Of a stretch of 64,000 nucleotides of DNA, positions 14,405 through 26,305 are shown piece after piece. Source of the DNA: Antedon mediterranea (taxonomy: Eukaryota; Animalia; Echinodermata). Within the stretch, counting starts at the first letter, position 1; each line of letters begins with the position of its first letter. The notes below the pieces were generated by a model that searched no databases, had not been told where the DNA came from, and was given only the letters and a program-made list of their open reading frames with translations. Both the position numbers and the translations under genes were made by a program. Where the stretch lies: contig NC_092673.1 of assembly GCF_964355755.1 (NCBI RefSeq), positions 20,085,648 through 20,149,647 on the forward strand, in the 5' to 3' direction.

Positions 14405-15974
14405 AGGGGGATTTTCTGGGTTTAAAATTGCTTTTAAATATTGTTTATTTATTAAATAAAAAATATTATAAAAATATAGACATGTCAGAATGAAGAAATA
14501 ATAACGAGAAATTAAAAAATAAAATTTCATATACATTTTAGGGTAAATTCATGGAAAGTCTTTTTTTCAGCAGCTTAGGGAAGCTCATTAATATTCATGA
14601 GATATTCACAAAATCACGTCATCAGTGGATTCCAAACTCGCGACGTCATGTACGTTGTGTTTTTCAATCTCCCCTGTCAAACGACGACCACCCGATCATT
14701 GTGAAATACATTATTTGTAGATTTTCTAAGGTAGGCCTAAAGTGTAATAATAACAGTAGTAGCATATATTTATTTGACATTTAATAAAATACAAAATTTA
14801 GTACAGATTACGGAGTCATAAATTATATACTATTTTTATAACTCGATCGAATAGTACAGATCGTACTATCGGCTTCACGTACTAGGCTAGGCCTAGCCTA
14901 AATCATTTTTTTTCATGGGTGAGAGCCATTCTGACTAGAGATTAAATCGCTAAAACATTGGGGCCCATCATGAGCCTAGCTAGCCTACTACTAAACGATT
15001 GGCCCATAACAAAACTCAGTGGATTCCAAACCCATCCTATCAACCAAACTCCTAAACAATCTAAACCTAAAACATTCTACAAAATCGACTGTAATTTCGC
15101 CGTCCGCACGTATGATGTCCCGATCGTCTAAGTAGGCCTAAAAAAAGCCTAGTTTACTCTCCAAAAAAGTGGATACTACTGCATCAAGCAAGTAGACCAG
15201 GTAGTAGGAGGAGACCTAGCCGATCCGGCCCAGTTAAAAATTGAGCTAGCTAGTGTAGTAGACCCTATGCGAATTGATACTACCAGGCCTTTTACTAGGC
15301 TACACTTCTTAAAATTAGCAATACTGTACTTATGTTTACAAATATTCCAACTCTCTCATTCGAGCTATATTATCTATACCATTCCGGTAGGTCGAGTCGA
15401 CCTTCAATCAAATACTGTACATCGTTCATGTTGTAATTATAGACGGGGTATACTTGACCCGACCAGTTTGGTATTGTATACTGTATCTGCTTATCACGTG
15501 ACGATGCCAGGCATGGGTAGATAGAGCACGTGTATCGTCGTCTCGCTCTCCTCGCTCTCAGCAGGAATGTATACGTTACGCTTCATTGATTTTGAAGGCT
15601 TTCCCTAAGTCAGTGCGAAAATCGGCAAACGTAAAGTGCAAACATATCTAATTTTCACTGTTTTGATAAATTTTCATAGAACATTGACTTTATAAATGGG
15701 AAGACCGACTAAAATTACATCAGATAAGTATAATTTTACAAAAGTAATTGATATGGTTAATGATAACGAGTCGTCGGAAGATTGACCATTTCACGAATTT
15801 CCTATTCTGTAACACAGTGTCATATCGCCGTAGCTGCACTTGTAATCTGGCCTCATTTCACAGCCTTCGTTCTGCTTCACTGGGCGCTTATATAAATTGA
15901 AACTTTTACCGTTCAAGAGACAAACAAATATATTTTACATTTTTTACTATTCATTTTAAACCCGGAACCCCCCT
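14405..15974. mobile_element. Non-autonomous Kolobok-like DNA transposon
   Basis: TTAA TSD (14401-14404, 15975-15978); TIR AGGGGG..TTCTGGGTTTAAAAT / ATTTTAAACCCGGAACCCCCCT; empty site ACATTAAATTATC in copies 1-2. Confidence 0.82.
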
Positions 15975-16008
15975 TTAAATTATCATGCAGTCAATCGCAA
16001 CGGTGTAA

Positions 16009-18414
16009 AGGCCGGTGCACACCAAACGCAAAACCGCGAATTACGCGTTAAAAAGTGACGCACGCGGCAGGCGACGGACGCTTCCAGTGTGAACATACAA
16101 GCGAACAGTGTACGAAAGTCGAATTTCAACTTCAACGCGTTGAAAACGACAGCAGCGAAGGCTTCGCACGCGAATTTTCAAAAGTTGAACAGTGGTCAAC
16201 TTTTTGAGGCGTCGCGAGGGCGGTTCGCGTTCGTCAACCAATCAGAAGTCAGGAATATCTCTCATCGACGACACACCGACGGCAAAAAAATGGTGGCTGA
16301 CGAGCGAGGTCTTTATGGAAATAATTTGTCATTACCCTTCTTCTTGTCTTTACGATAAGGGAAGTAAGTCATACACAGACAGAAACATAAGGATTAATGC
16401 ATGAAGACAATAATTTCAGACAAACATCTGTGTAGAAGAATGCCAGAAAAACTAGGCCTAAAACGCGTCAGAGATCAATTTGTAAAGTGAGTTGGCAAGC
16501 CTTCTATTTCTAGCCTACCTAGGTTTAGGCCATACTAGGGCCTAGCTAGGCCTAAATAGCCTAGGCTACATATACCCTAGTAGGCTAGGCCAGGCCTAGC
16601 CTAGGTTAAGCCTACAAATAAATGAGTACAGTACTAGGCTTGGCTAGGTTTAGCCTAGGCCTATAGGCTACTTATTATTATTAATTAATATTTATAGGCC
16701 TAATATTTAGTTGATTTAGTGTTGTAAAGCTAGGATAGGCCTAGTAGTAATAATATTAATACATAAATACTGTTGTTTTTGTTTCTTTTAGGTCAATTAG
16801 ATGAACATTGATAAATTGGATCCTTCAGGCTATTACCAGCGTTACAAACTCCACCAATGACCAAGCTAGTAGTTTAAGCGGCCAGTAATTGCCATGGAGT
16901 TAAGAGCAATTGCTCCTCAAAAACGTGGACTGGCAATTATGAGGCTGACACAGGTTTGTATAGACTTTTTTCAAATGTGTATGTCAGTTGGTGACATACA
17001 TTGGCCAGAAAAAATGATTTGAGCAATATGCCTTACTATAGCAATTTTTTAATACTTGTTTCATTTTTTTTATAGAAAATGGAAGAGATTAAGGAGGAGT
17101 TGGACTGTAACTAGTATTTATTAAGTGGTTATAGAAGGAAAGCTGAACTGAATGTCTTTTTTTAGCATTAGAGAACACATGGAAATTTATGTATATATTT
17201 TGTTATACTACAATACTAAAAAAAAAAAGTCAAATTGGCTGCCAGCTAATGGAATTTTTTTCATTTCATAAGTGAAAACATAAGTTTGTTGGGTTTTTTT
17301 TCTATGTAAGTGATTAACTTTGTTAAAACTACAAAATGTCCTATTCAAATTTGATTTTAATCATCTTCATTTTTCATGATTCTATGGGACAATACATCTT
17401 TAAGTTTAGTGTCATTTTTTGGACAAGATATATTGTCTTCCTGAAAATATAATTTAAAACATTTTCGTTGTGGGTAATACAGTATAACACTTTAGGGTTA
17501 GTTATTCACTTTTTAACAATAATAATATTTTCATTTTTTTTGGGATGATACATTTTAAATTTATTATTTTGATATTATTTTGCGAAAGTAATCAGGAGTA
17601 GTAAAAAAAAAAAATCTGGTTGATATTTAATGATACCTTTAAAAACAATGATTCACTATTTCAATAAGTGTGTTTATGTGAAAAAGTCATAAGATAATAT
17701 ACAGTGTAAATATGAGTTTGGGATATTTATTACATTTAATCAAATGAGAAAAAAACTGTATGTTTTGTCATGAATAATATAATATTTAATAATAATTAGA
17801 AAATGAATGTGAAAACTTTACATTAATATTAGGCCTATAGTTTATATTTGAAAGTGACAAACCCAGGAAGATTCCCAGTTCGTGTTTATATGAAATGTTT
17901 TATATGGTTATAATAACCTCTGTTGAAAGATATTTGTAACACCACTAATAAATACAGTCAGTAGATCACATGTACGTGTAATCAACATGCAATAAATGCT
18001 TTAATTCTTGTAACTGTGTTGATATTGGATACACCTTCTTTTGTCCTTGTGATATATACATACAATCATGCACATTTCAGGCTTTGGAAAAGGATAACAT
18101 TTTCCCACCAAAACCAAACACTGTGATTGGTGTAACCAGGGAAGAGTTAAATTACATTTTAACTTGGTTAAACTTACATGGGAAATACTTCAGTCATCTT
18201 CTCTGATTATTTTAAATGTAACATTGTATTATTGGCCAACCCACTATCTCCTAGGCCTAGCAATCGCGACGAATCAGCACATCGTGACGCGTTTAGTGGG
18301 AACCAACAAGAAAAACTAATAGACGCATGACAATTCAACTTTCAAAGCGATCCGTCGACGAATGACGCGTGACGCATGACGCTTCGCGGCTTCGCGTTCG
18401 GTGTGCACCGGCCT
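16009..18414 (+). mobile_element. PIF/Harbinger element with a decayed MADF/Myb-like gene
   Basis: TIR AGGCCGGTGCACACC / GGTGTGCACCGGCCT; TAA TSD; empty site in copies 1-2; remnant MEIICHYPSSCLYDKGSKSYTDRNIRINA*...RDQF at ~16290-16490. Confidence 0.85.
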
Positions 18415-19228
18415 TAAACATCGATGTAGGCCTACAGTGAAATACATTAAACAAGTTTACATCATATCAGATGATGCTAACGCAATATGTGCGCGCTATA
18501 TTTAACCTATTTAACAATTGAGTTTTAATTAAAACTTGAATTAGCATGTGATAACTCTGGCAACGGTATACACAACGATGCTGGCATAGGGTAAAATAAA
18601 TACTCAAGTCAATAGGCCTATACTTTTAGCTTTAAAAAACATAATAATGCGGTAACCGTTGCAATAGGGGTAAACCATAACGTATCTATATAACTACAAT
18701 TTAATGACTTGAATATCCTCTTTTTACATGCACGCAAGTGCGTCTATGATTTTAGAATAAGATTTTTGATTAGTGAACATGATCTTGTTGTGTGTACTAC
18801 GAACTATCTGTTACAATCTTCAAATCTCATCACTAAATGGGAGAAAATCCTTTTTTAGTGTGATGTTCTGTTTTGTATTGTTTGTTATATGTGAAATATT
18901 TATTCTGAATTAAAGGGATCAATCAATCAATCAACGTATTATTTAAATATTTTCACGTAATATTACAATAGATGTTAACACAAAACAAAATTAGTACCGA
19001 CAATGTCACATGAACTATAACTACTATGATTATATTTGAAACTTACAATTACATTATCATGCGGTCAATCGCAACGGTGTAAACAACGATGTAGGTCTAC
19101 GGTGAAATACATTAAACAATTGTTTACATCATATCAGATGATGCTAACGCAATATGTGTGCGTAATAGTTAACCTATTTAACAATTGAGTTTTAATTAAA
19201 ACTTGAATTAGCATGCGGTAACTCTGGC

Positions 19229-20911
19229 CGTATCCGGATATTCACCCCCTGGACATTTACCCCCCGGACAACTACCCCCCGGACAACCACCACCTGGACC
19301 ACTACCCCCTTAGGACAACTACCCCTTTAGGACAACTACCCCCCGGACAAATACCCCCCGGACAACTACCCCCTTAGGACAACAACCCCCTTAGGACAAC
19401 TACCCCCTGGACAACTACCCCCCGGACAATTACCCCCTAGGAACAATTACCCCCCGGACAATTACCCCCCGGACAATTACCCCCCGGACAATTACCACCC
19501 AGAAAACTATCCCTTTAGAACACCCTAACCACCCAGACCATTCAACAACCTGACTCTGCAACAGTGTATAATAGGAATTAATAACTATATTTTAATTCGT
19601 TACTTTGACGAATTACTATTCATTATTGTAAACAAAAGTAAAAGATTGAACATAAATATAGCCTGGTATAAACTGAAGATTGTCACACATGATCATAGGA
19701 TAGTCGAACGTATTATATAGTACTCCCTGTATTTACTGTAAAGACTGGGTTCGCTAATAATAATAATAATTTTTGCGTCAGGACAATGCTTCGATAACCA
19801 CTGGTCTTAAAAGAATTATTTGTCATATATGTATTTTTGTACACTTGAAGAATAATATCACTTTTGATATTTGACCTCAATGTTCACTCACCGAATAAAC
19901 GTCGATCTTTAAATAAATTCCCCTCAAATAAACGGTGACCATGTCACTCCCATGAAACATCATATGGAATAATCGGCGTCTATTTCCATTAGATTATACC
20001 CCCTCCCATTGAATAAAAAACTTTCTTCCAATAAATGTCCACCTAAAAACCACCTAAACAATAAACAGCCCAGGCCGTTTTTTCAATAAATACGGTACTT
20101 TAAATCTAGCACATCTAGGGTCTAGCGTGCTGTTAAACAGAATAATCGGTTAAAAACGGGTGTTTCGAAACTAGAGACCTGAGACCAGAGACCAGAGACC
20201 CAATACGAAAAGGGAGACCTAAATATACGAAAAGGGAGACCCACGTACGAAAAGGGAGACCCCACTATACGAAAAGGGAGACCCCACTATACGAAAAGGG
20301 AGACCCTAATATACGAAAAGGGAGACCTAAATATACGAAAAGGGAGACCCAATTATACGAAAGGGAGACCCAAATATACAAAATGGGAGACCCAAATATA
20401 CGAAAAGGGAGACCCACTATAAGAAAAGGGAGACCCACTATAAGAAAAGGGAGACCCCACTATACGAAAAGAGAGACCACACTATACGAAAAGGGAGACC
20501 CTAATATACGAAAAGGGAGATCCAAATATAGGTCTCCCTTTTCGTATTGGGTCTCGTGTCAGGTCTCTGGTCTCGGGTCTCTAGTTTCGAAACACCCGTT
20601 AAAAACAGATGATTTCATTTTTACAGAAACCGGTCCTATATATTTGTCTACTTTTGGATGGGGGAGGGGGGGGGGTAGTTGACCGGGGGGTAGTTACCCG
20701 GGGGGTAGTTATCCTAAGGGGGTAGTTGTCCTAAGGGGGTGGTTGTCCGGGGGGTAGTTGTCCGGGGGGTTGTTATCCTAAGGGGGTAGTTGTCCTAAGG
20801 GGGTAGTTGTCCGGGGGGTAATTGTCCGGGGGGTAGTTGTCCTAAGGGGGTAGTTGTCCGGGTGGTAAACATCCGGGGGGTAACTGTCTAGGGGGTAGGT
20901 GTCCTAGAACC
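19229..20911. mobile_element. Foldback/MULE-like element with minisatellite arms
   Basis: 9-bp TSD AACTCTGGC (19220-19228, 20912-20920); (GGACAACTACCCCCC)n array on the left arm and its reverse complement on the right. Confidence 0.82.
20158..20597. mobile_element. Nested MULE-like MITE with an internal ~22-bp minisatellite (TATACGAAAAGGGAGACCC)
   Basis: TIR GGGTGTTTCGAAACTAGAGACC / GGTCTCTAGTTTCGAAACACCC; 9-bp TSD GTTAAAAAC (20149-20157, 20598-20606). Confidence 0.85.
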
Positions 20912-21362
20912 AACTCTGGCAACAGTATACACAACGATGCTGGCATAGGGTAAAATAAATACTCAAGTCAATAGGCCTATACTTTTAGCTTTAAATAAAT
21001 TGTAATCCAGCATAAGGAGTTCCTTGGTCAGAGCAATACTTTACACAGTACTCAATTGCCATGCTTCCACTAGAGGTAGACGCGTCTTACAATGCTCTGG
21101 TACTGGCGTCTACAAAACAACCTTCATAAACCCCTAAACAAAACACATGATACCCTTTGAATTATTATCGCAATTTTATCTTTAGTTGAAAATCAATAAT
21201 CGATAATCAACTTCAAATAATAAATTCACAACGGTATACTCCAATCAATAATAAACTGGTAACCGTGACGTCATATTTCTTTTTTTTTGCACACGAATGA
21301 TGATTATACTCTGTTGTCAGAATAATATATCTTAACACGATGTGTATTCCAATATAGCTTAA

Positions 21363-22707
21363 AGCTGATTTTCCACTAGGCGAATTTGTTCGCGCGAATC
21401 TAGTCTGGGTTCCAGACGGAGTTTTGTCTTAATATTAGTTAAAAGATAAATATTTTGGCACATATGGCGTTTCATACGTATACTACTTGATTTTGGATAC
21501 TCCGTCTGGGAAAACACGCACAAGTCACGTGGTTTGACACCAAGAATTCTTGGTGCATACGATTATCCAGTTGACTAGTTTCAGCTGCATGCGATTGGCT
21601 ACTCACTCGTACACTGTTTAAATATTCATATTTCAGAATTTCAAAGACTCAACAACTAAGATGATGCGCATGCGCTATGTCACGTTTAGACAATGTGTAC
21701 TTAGGTACATTTATGAAAGTCTGAAGGCTAGAAATTATTTTATATGCCTAGTAGTCTGGTAAACATTTGATGGGATCTTTGAAACATGAAAACTCGTCTT
21801 GATATATGATATGCTAGCTTCTCCGCAAATCAAACATTGAATGGATCATTTATTACGCGGAGATAATTTTGGTTTAATTCCCACCCAGACCCTGTCCTGT
21901 TCTGTCTGTGTGGTGGTGTAGCCCTGTTGTGTGCCGGTGGTATGTAGGCCTACTTCATTGGCGTTTTATTTGGCAGGTCATACGTGCGAGTTGAGTAGGA
22001 CCTACGAAAGAGGCCTAGGCCAAGGACTAAACAATTAATAAACAAAACAACTTGGCATTACTATTTTATATTTCAACAGTCTCGATCGTACATTAAGCAC
22101 TGGTAGGCCTACGTACTCGATCTCTTTCATTTTGAAACAAAATGATCATTGGTTGATTCGAAATCCATATTTACATACCGCCCGCCCCATATAGCCAAAT
22201 ACGGTATGATAACCTACGTCATTCTTATCGTATGTTTGCGGTCTGCAAATCGATTTCTATACGTGTTTCACAAGTCTGTATTTTCAGACAAAAATCGCGG
22301 TCGAAATAAAAACAAATAAATAAAAAAAAAAAAAAAAGATAATACAGACTTGGGGCAAGTCTAGCGCGAATCCAACGTTTCGAAGAGAAAAAATCGCCTA
22401 CTCTCTTTCCACTACAGAGCGAATAGCTGCGACGTTCATGTTCCTCGCGTGGTTGCTGAGCATTTCGATTCGCATGAGTGCTCATGAAAGCGTCATAGCT
22501 CATTTCCTGAGCTCTGATTGGTTGCGCAATGTTTCGCTTCGCAAAAAGTAGAAACAATTCAAACTAGTCAATTTCGCTGAAGCGAAAAATCAAAGAAACT
22601 AGAATTCGTCGAAGAATGCAGTATGACAGACAGAAACGCGAATACGCATGTGCATAGCATGACGCTTTCGATTCGCGCGAACAAATTCGCCTAGTGGAAA
22701 ATCGGCT
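21363..22707. mobile_element. Harbinger-type MITE interrupted by a nested element
   Basis: ~38-bp TIR AGCTGATTTTCCACTAGGCGAATTTGTTCGCGCGAATC / GATTCGCGCGAACAAATTCGCCTAGTGGAAAATCGGCT; TWA flanks. Confidence 0.75.
21401..22363. mobile_element. Non-autonomous element with TAG..CTA ends and a 9-bp TSD (AcademH-like)
   Basis: GCGCGAATC duplicated at 21392-21400 and 22364-22372; ends TAGTCTGG... / ...AAGTCTA. Confidence 0.65.
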
Positions 22708-23108
22708 TTAGTGTTCATAATTAGGAACAGACTACGCTGTAATTTATTATTTTTATTTATTGATACTTGATTAAATATTTCTAATTGATTCAGGAATCCT
22801 GATTTACGATTGAACAGCAGCTGTAGTTCAATTCAAATAACATTTATTTTCGTCCAAAGATTAAGATTTACAAAATAAGGACGACAGCAGGAGCCCAAAA
22901 AGATAAACATCTTGTGACGGGACTGCCTAAGACAAGTTAATAGTTTTTAAAAAAGATAGGAAAAATAGAGCAATAAATAAATAAATAAAAAAAGACAATT
23001 TGTAAAAATAAAGTAAAATTTGATGAACAGATGAACAGCTGAGTCGTATAGTTAACTTGTAAGAAGGTGAATCATAAACTAAAATCAAAAGTTATTTTTA
23101 TAACTTAC

Positions 23109-25005
23109 AGTTTTCTTTTATTTCCCAAACCTCTGGAGATTCAGTCGTTCCATTGTAGTTTGCTATTGCCGCGTATAAACTACCATCCACTGAGAAAAGT
23201 TTACCACTCTGAACCCCATGACCTGGTACTTGGGAATACTTTACGAATAGGTTACGGGTAAAATTCCATTTATACACCGTTGAGTTCACTTTAACATCGT
23301 AGTTTGTCACAAGTAAATAGTGGTTTGTAGCCAATTGTAAATACGATGCATCACATGCACCATCTCCTACAGTCATTTGATGATATTTGAAAAAACCTAA
23401 AACATAAGATGGAATACTTTCTTATACAGTAGATCTTTATTTTAATTGCAGTAACACTAAAGCAGTCGTGATAAAAATCACAAGGTATACATTTGAGACT
23501 ATAGATAATGTCGAGTTTGACGTTAACAGGGCAAGTTACCAGGTAAAGATAGCTGATCTACTTCCTAAGTATAATCTAACCTAACCATCTAAATATTCTC
23601 TCTTAACTATTAAAAAAGACATCGATTCCCGGGACATTTCGGTTGGCAGCGCCCCCTATAATGTTCTAATTGATGTCATGATAAATCTTCTCTGCTGCAG
23701 CGTAGTGTAATAAACGTATATACATACCATGTGAGTTCAAAACATAGAGGTAGACTGTTTTGTAGTTTGCAAGAAACATAATATAGAGTTGTCCATTTAT
23801 TATAAAATTCTCAACTTTTCGTACACCATTTGGTAAAGTCAAATTTTGGTAATTTTCATACAATTCAGCCGTATTGTTGAATCTGTATACCCTTGTTGGT
23901 GCTTTAGAATTATCGCCACTGAAATTTAAAAAGTAATGAATGAAAATTTGAACAGAAAACTAAGTCATTAGAAAAAGGAATTTAGATAAGTATATTCCGA
24001 TAGTGTGCCAACTTCGGGCCAAAAACACGAGTAAGTGAGCTTTTTATGTGTGCTATAATGCATCTTAACAAACTTCTAGTGGCAGTGTAAGATGTTGTAC
24101 TGTTTAAATACCCACTACTCACCTCTCCCCACTCCATTTCCTAATTCAAAGACACCAATTTGCACGAGTAACATATGTAATATTTGTTGTAAGAATAATT
24201 ATGACTTTTTACAGTTAAAGATATATTGTCCCCTTGAAAATATTTTTTTTTTTTTAATTTTTGGTTGAATATGCCATTTTTAATGTCACATAATAGTTAT
24301 CCATTTTGACTAAAAATTGGATTGAAAAGAAATGTATTTATCTGAAAAAACTGTAATTTAAGGGAAAAATAGTCAAATTGTCTGCCAGCAAATGGGTTTT
24401 TGGTTGGATTTAACCATTTATTTTCTCATTTATAAGTGAAAAAATGATTTTCCCCGTTTTTTTCTACTGAAGTAATTAACGTTATTAAAACTACAAAATA
24501 ACCTATTCAAAGTCTGATTTAATTAATCTTCATTTTTCATGTTTTTGGGGGACAATACATCTTTAATCAATCTAAGGTAAAACAATCAAATGTTTATCAA
24601 TTTCAATTGTTCTGTTTTAAAAACTGAATTACAACAAATAGCGAAAATTAGATAAACATAATAATCATAATTAACAAGCATACAAATATCAAAATCACTA
24701 ACAATTACATACAATTACAAATTAATCACAGCGAGATCAGCCCGAATGACAAATTCTTCCTATGAAAATGTACGGCTCTTTCTACACTATCCAACGTTAT
24801 GTGACAAAAAAGTGTGATAGTGTAGGCTCGCCCCAGCACAAAACGACAAACCCGTCTGTATGTTCTGATTATGCTAAAACACTATACTAAAATACTTACT
24901 ATCCACCAATCACGAGATAATGTTTGTTCTTGTATGTGAACGCCGTATTGCTTGCTGATGATATACCAACAATGTTTGATTTAAACACGTAATCGTGGAT
25001 AAACT
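23109..25005 (-). CDS. Three exons (25005-24900, 23918-23728, 23396-23109) encoding EPTP/EAR (TSPEAR/LGI-type) beta-propeller repeats
   Basis: GT-AG boundaries with compatible phases; motifs HYLVIGGY..RVYRFN, HYLLVTNY..STVYKWN, LYAAIANY; paralogous to the exons at 61452-62853. Confidence 0.75.
24219..24562. mobile_element. Kolobok-like MITE in an intron
   Basis: TTAA|AGATATATTGTCCCC ... GGGGACAATACATCT|TTAA. Confidence 0.7.
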
Positions 25006-25516
25006 CTGAAAAATTATTGCTAATGTTAACGCTAAACAAATATTTTCAGCAAAGTTTTTTTTTTTTTCTCTTTTGTGGCGCAAACACCACTTTTATTCAC
25101 ATTCATATTATCTCATATTACATAAAATCGTATTATTACCTCCGCCAAGGAGGTTATGTTTTCACCCCTGTATGTTTTAACTTGTAAATGTCGTTACAGT
25201 TCATAAGTAACATTTTTACATATATGAATTCTGTATTACTCCTTTTTTCAATAATTTTCTTATATTTTGTTATACACTTGACAGGATCATTATTATCATC
25301 TATCCCGTTTTAAAATAGTTCACACATTTTCATTTGTTTGTTTTCATTTTACAACCCGGATTATACAATATATTTATATACATGATAAAAAAAAACAATA
25401 ATAGCTCAGTACCACCAGTAACCCGTATCACTGTAATTCTTTTTCAGTTAATCGTATCAAATTAGAAATTATATTATCATAATCTTACTTCTTAAAGCTA
25501 CCCATTTTTCTATACT

Positions 25517-26055
25517 AGTAGTGGGGATGCAGGTATAGTCAGTCGTGATTATAACAATGGTTAACAATGGGGGTAGTATAAGACAATAGAGAATATCATT
25601 TCACTAGAATTGTTATATAGAATTGTTATATATTAATATACATTATAATATAAAATTAATAAATATTAAATAAAAATGATATGATGATTTAGTCGTTTGT
25701 GATGAGAACAAATGGTTTACAATGGTTGAAGTCAATAGGTGTTATGTTTCGGATTATAATACAATGGTTAACATAGGGTAAGGAAGTGAGACAATATAGT
25801 TTTTGTAAGATTTGAATTAGTCATAGAGTCAATAAAGATGCACCTGGTTAATTAAAACTAGTTAATTGAGGTTTTTGCTTGATGTATGCCGACATAATCC
25901 AAAGACATAAGTTATTTGATCCGGATATTATAACAATGACTAAAACAAAAAGATAAGAATGAATGAAGTTAAATAATAAGTATGTCTTGATTGAACTATA
26001 CCGAAAGGTAATTAACCATCTTCCGGATTTGTTAGATAAATCGAAAGCAGTGACA
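25517..26055 (+). repeat. Left terminal inverted repeat of the Polinton (~0.54 kb)
   Basis: Reverse complement of ~41486-42034 with few differences. Confidence 0.93.
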
Positions 26056-26305
26056 CGGGGTGTTTGACATACTAAAGTTTACTGTAACTTATCTATACAA
26101 TTTTAACTTTAATTTAAATCATAAAAGGAAAAAACAAAAGAAATAAAAACGACGCTTCTGATGTCATGCATAAATTAATTTGTTATGTTTAAATATCGGG
26201 GGGGGGGGTATAATTTGAAATTCTATGTCAGTGTTATCAATTACATCGAAGTCACTCAAACTCTAGTACTAGTTCCAAAGTATTACCGCTACACGAGGGT
26301 TAAAG

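Larger units (their letters stand above)
1..20998. repeat. Tandem segmental repeat with a ~4.65-kb unit. Copies start at 1, 4654 (with a 194-bp local duplication, restart at 4848) and 9485; the third copy is expanded by nested TEs
   Basis: CTTCACTGATCAACCGGTACC recurs at 1, 4654, 4848 and 9485, followed by near-identical colinear sequence and the same spurious ORFs (84/4931/9568; 2352/7175/13751). Confidence 0.95.

Noticed and set aside
20200-20530. Regular ~22-bp repeats resembling a CRISPR array, and the 99-aa repetitive ORF 20383..20682
   Set aside because: No unique spacers, eukaryotic context, and it lies inside a TIR/TSD-bounded MITE; it is a minisatellite and the ORF is incidental
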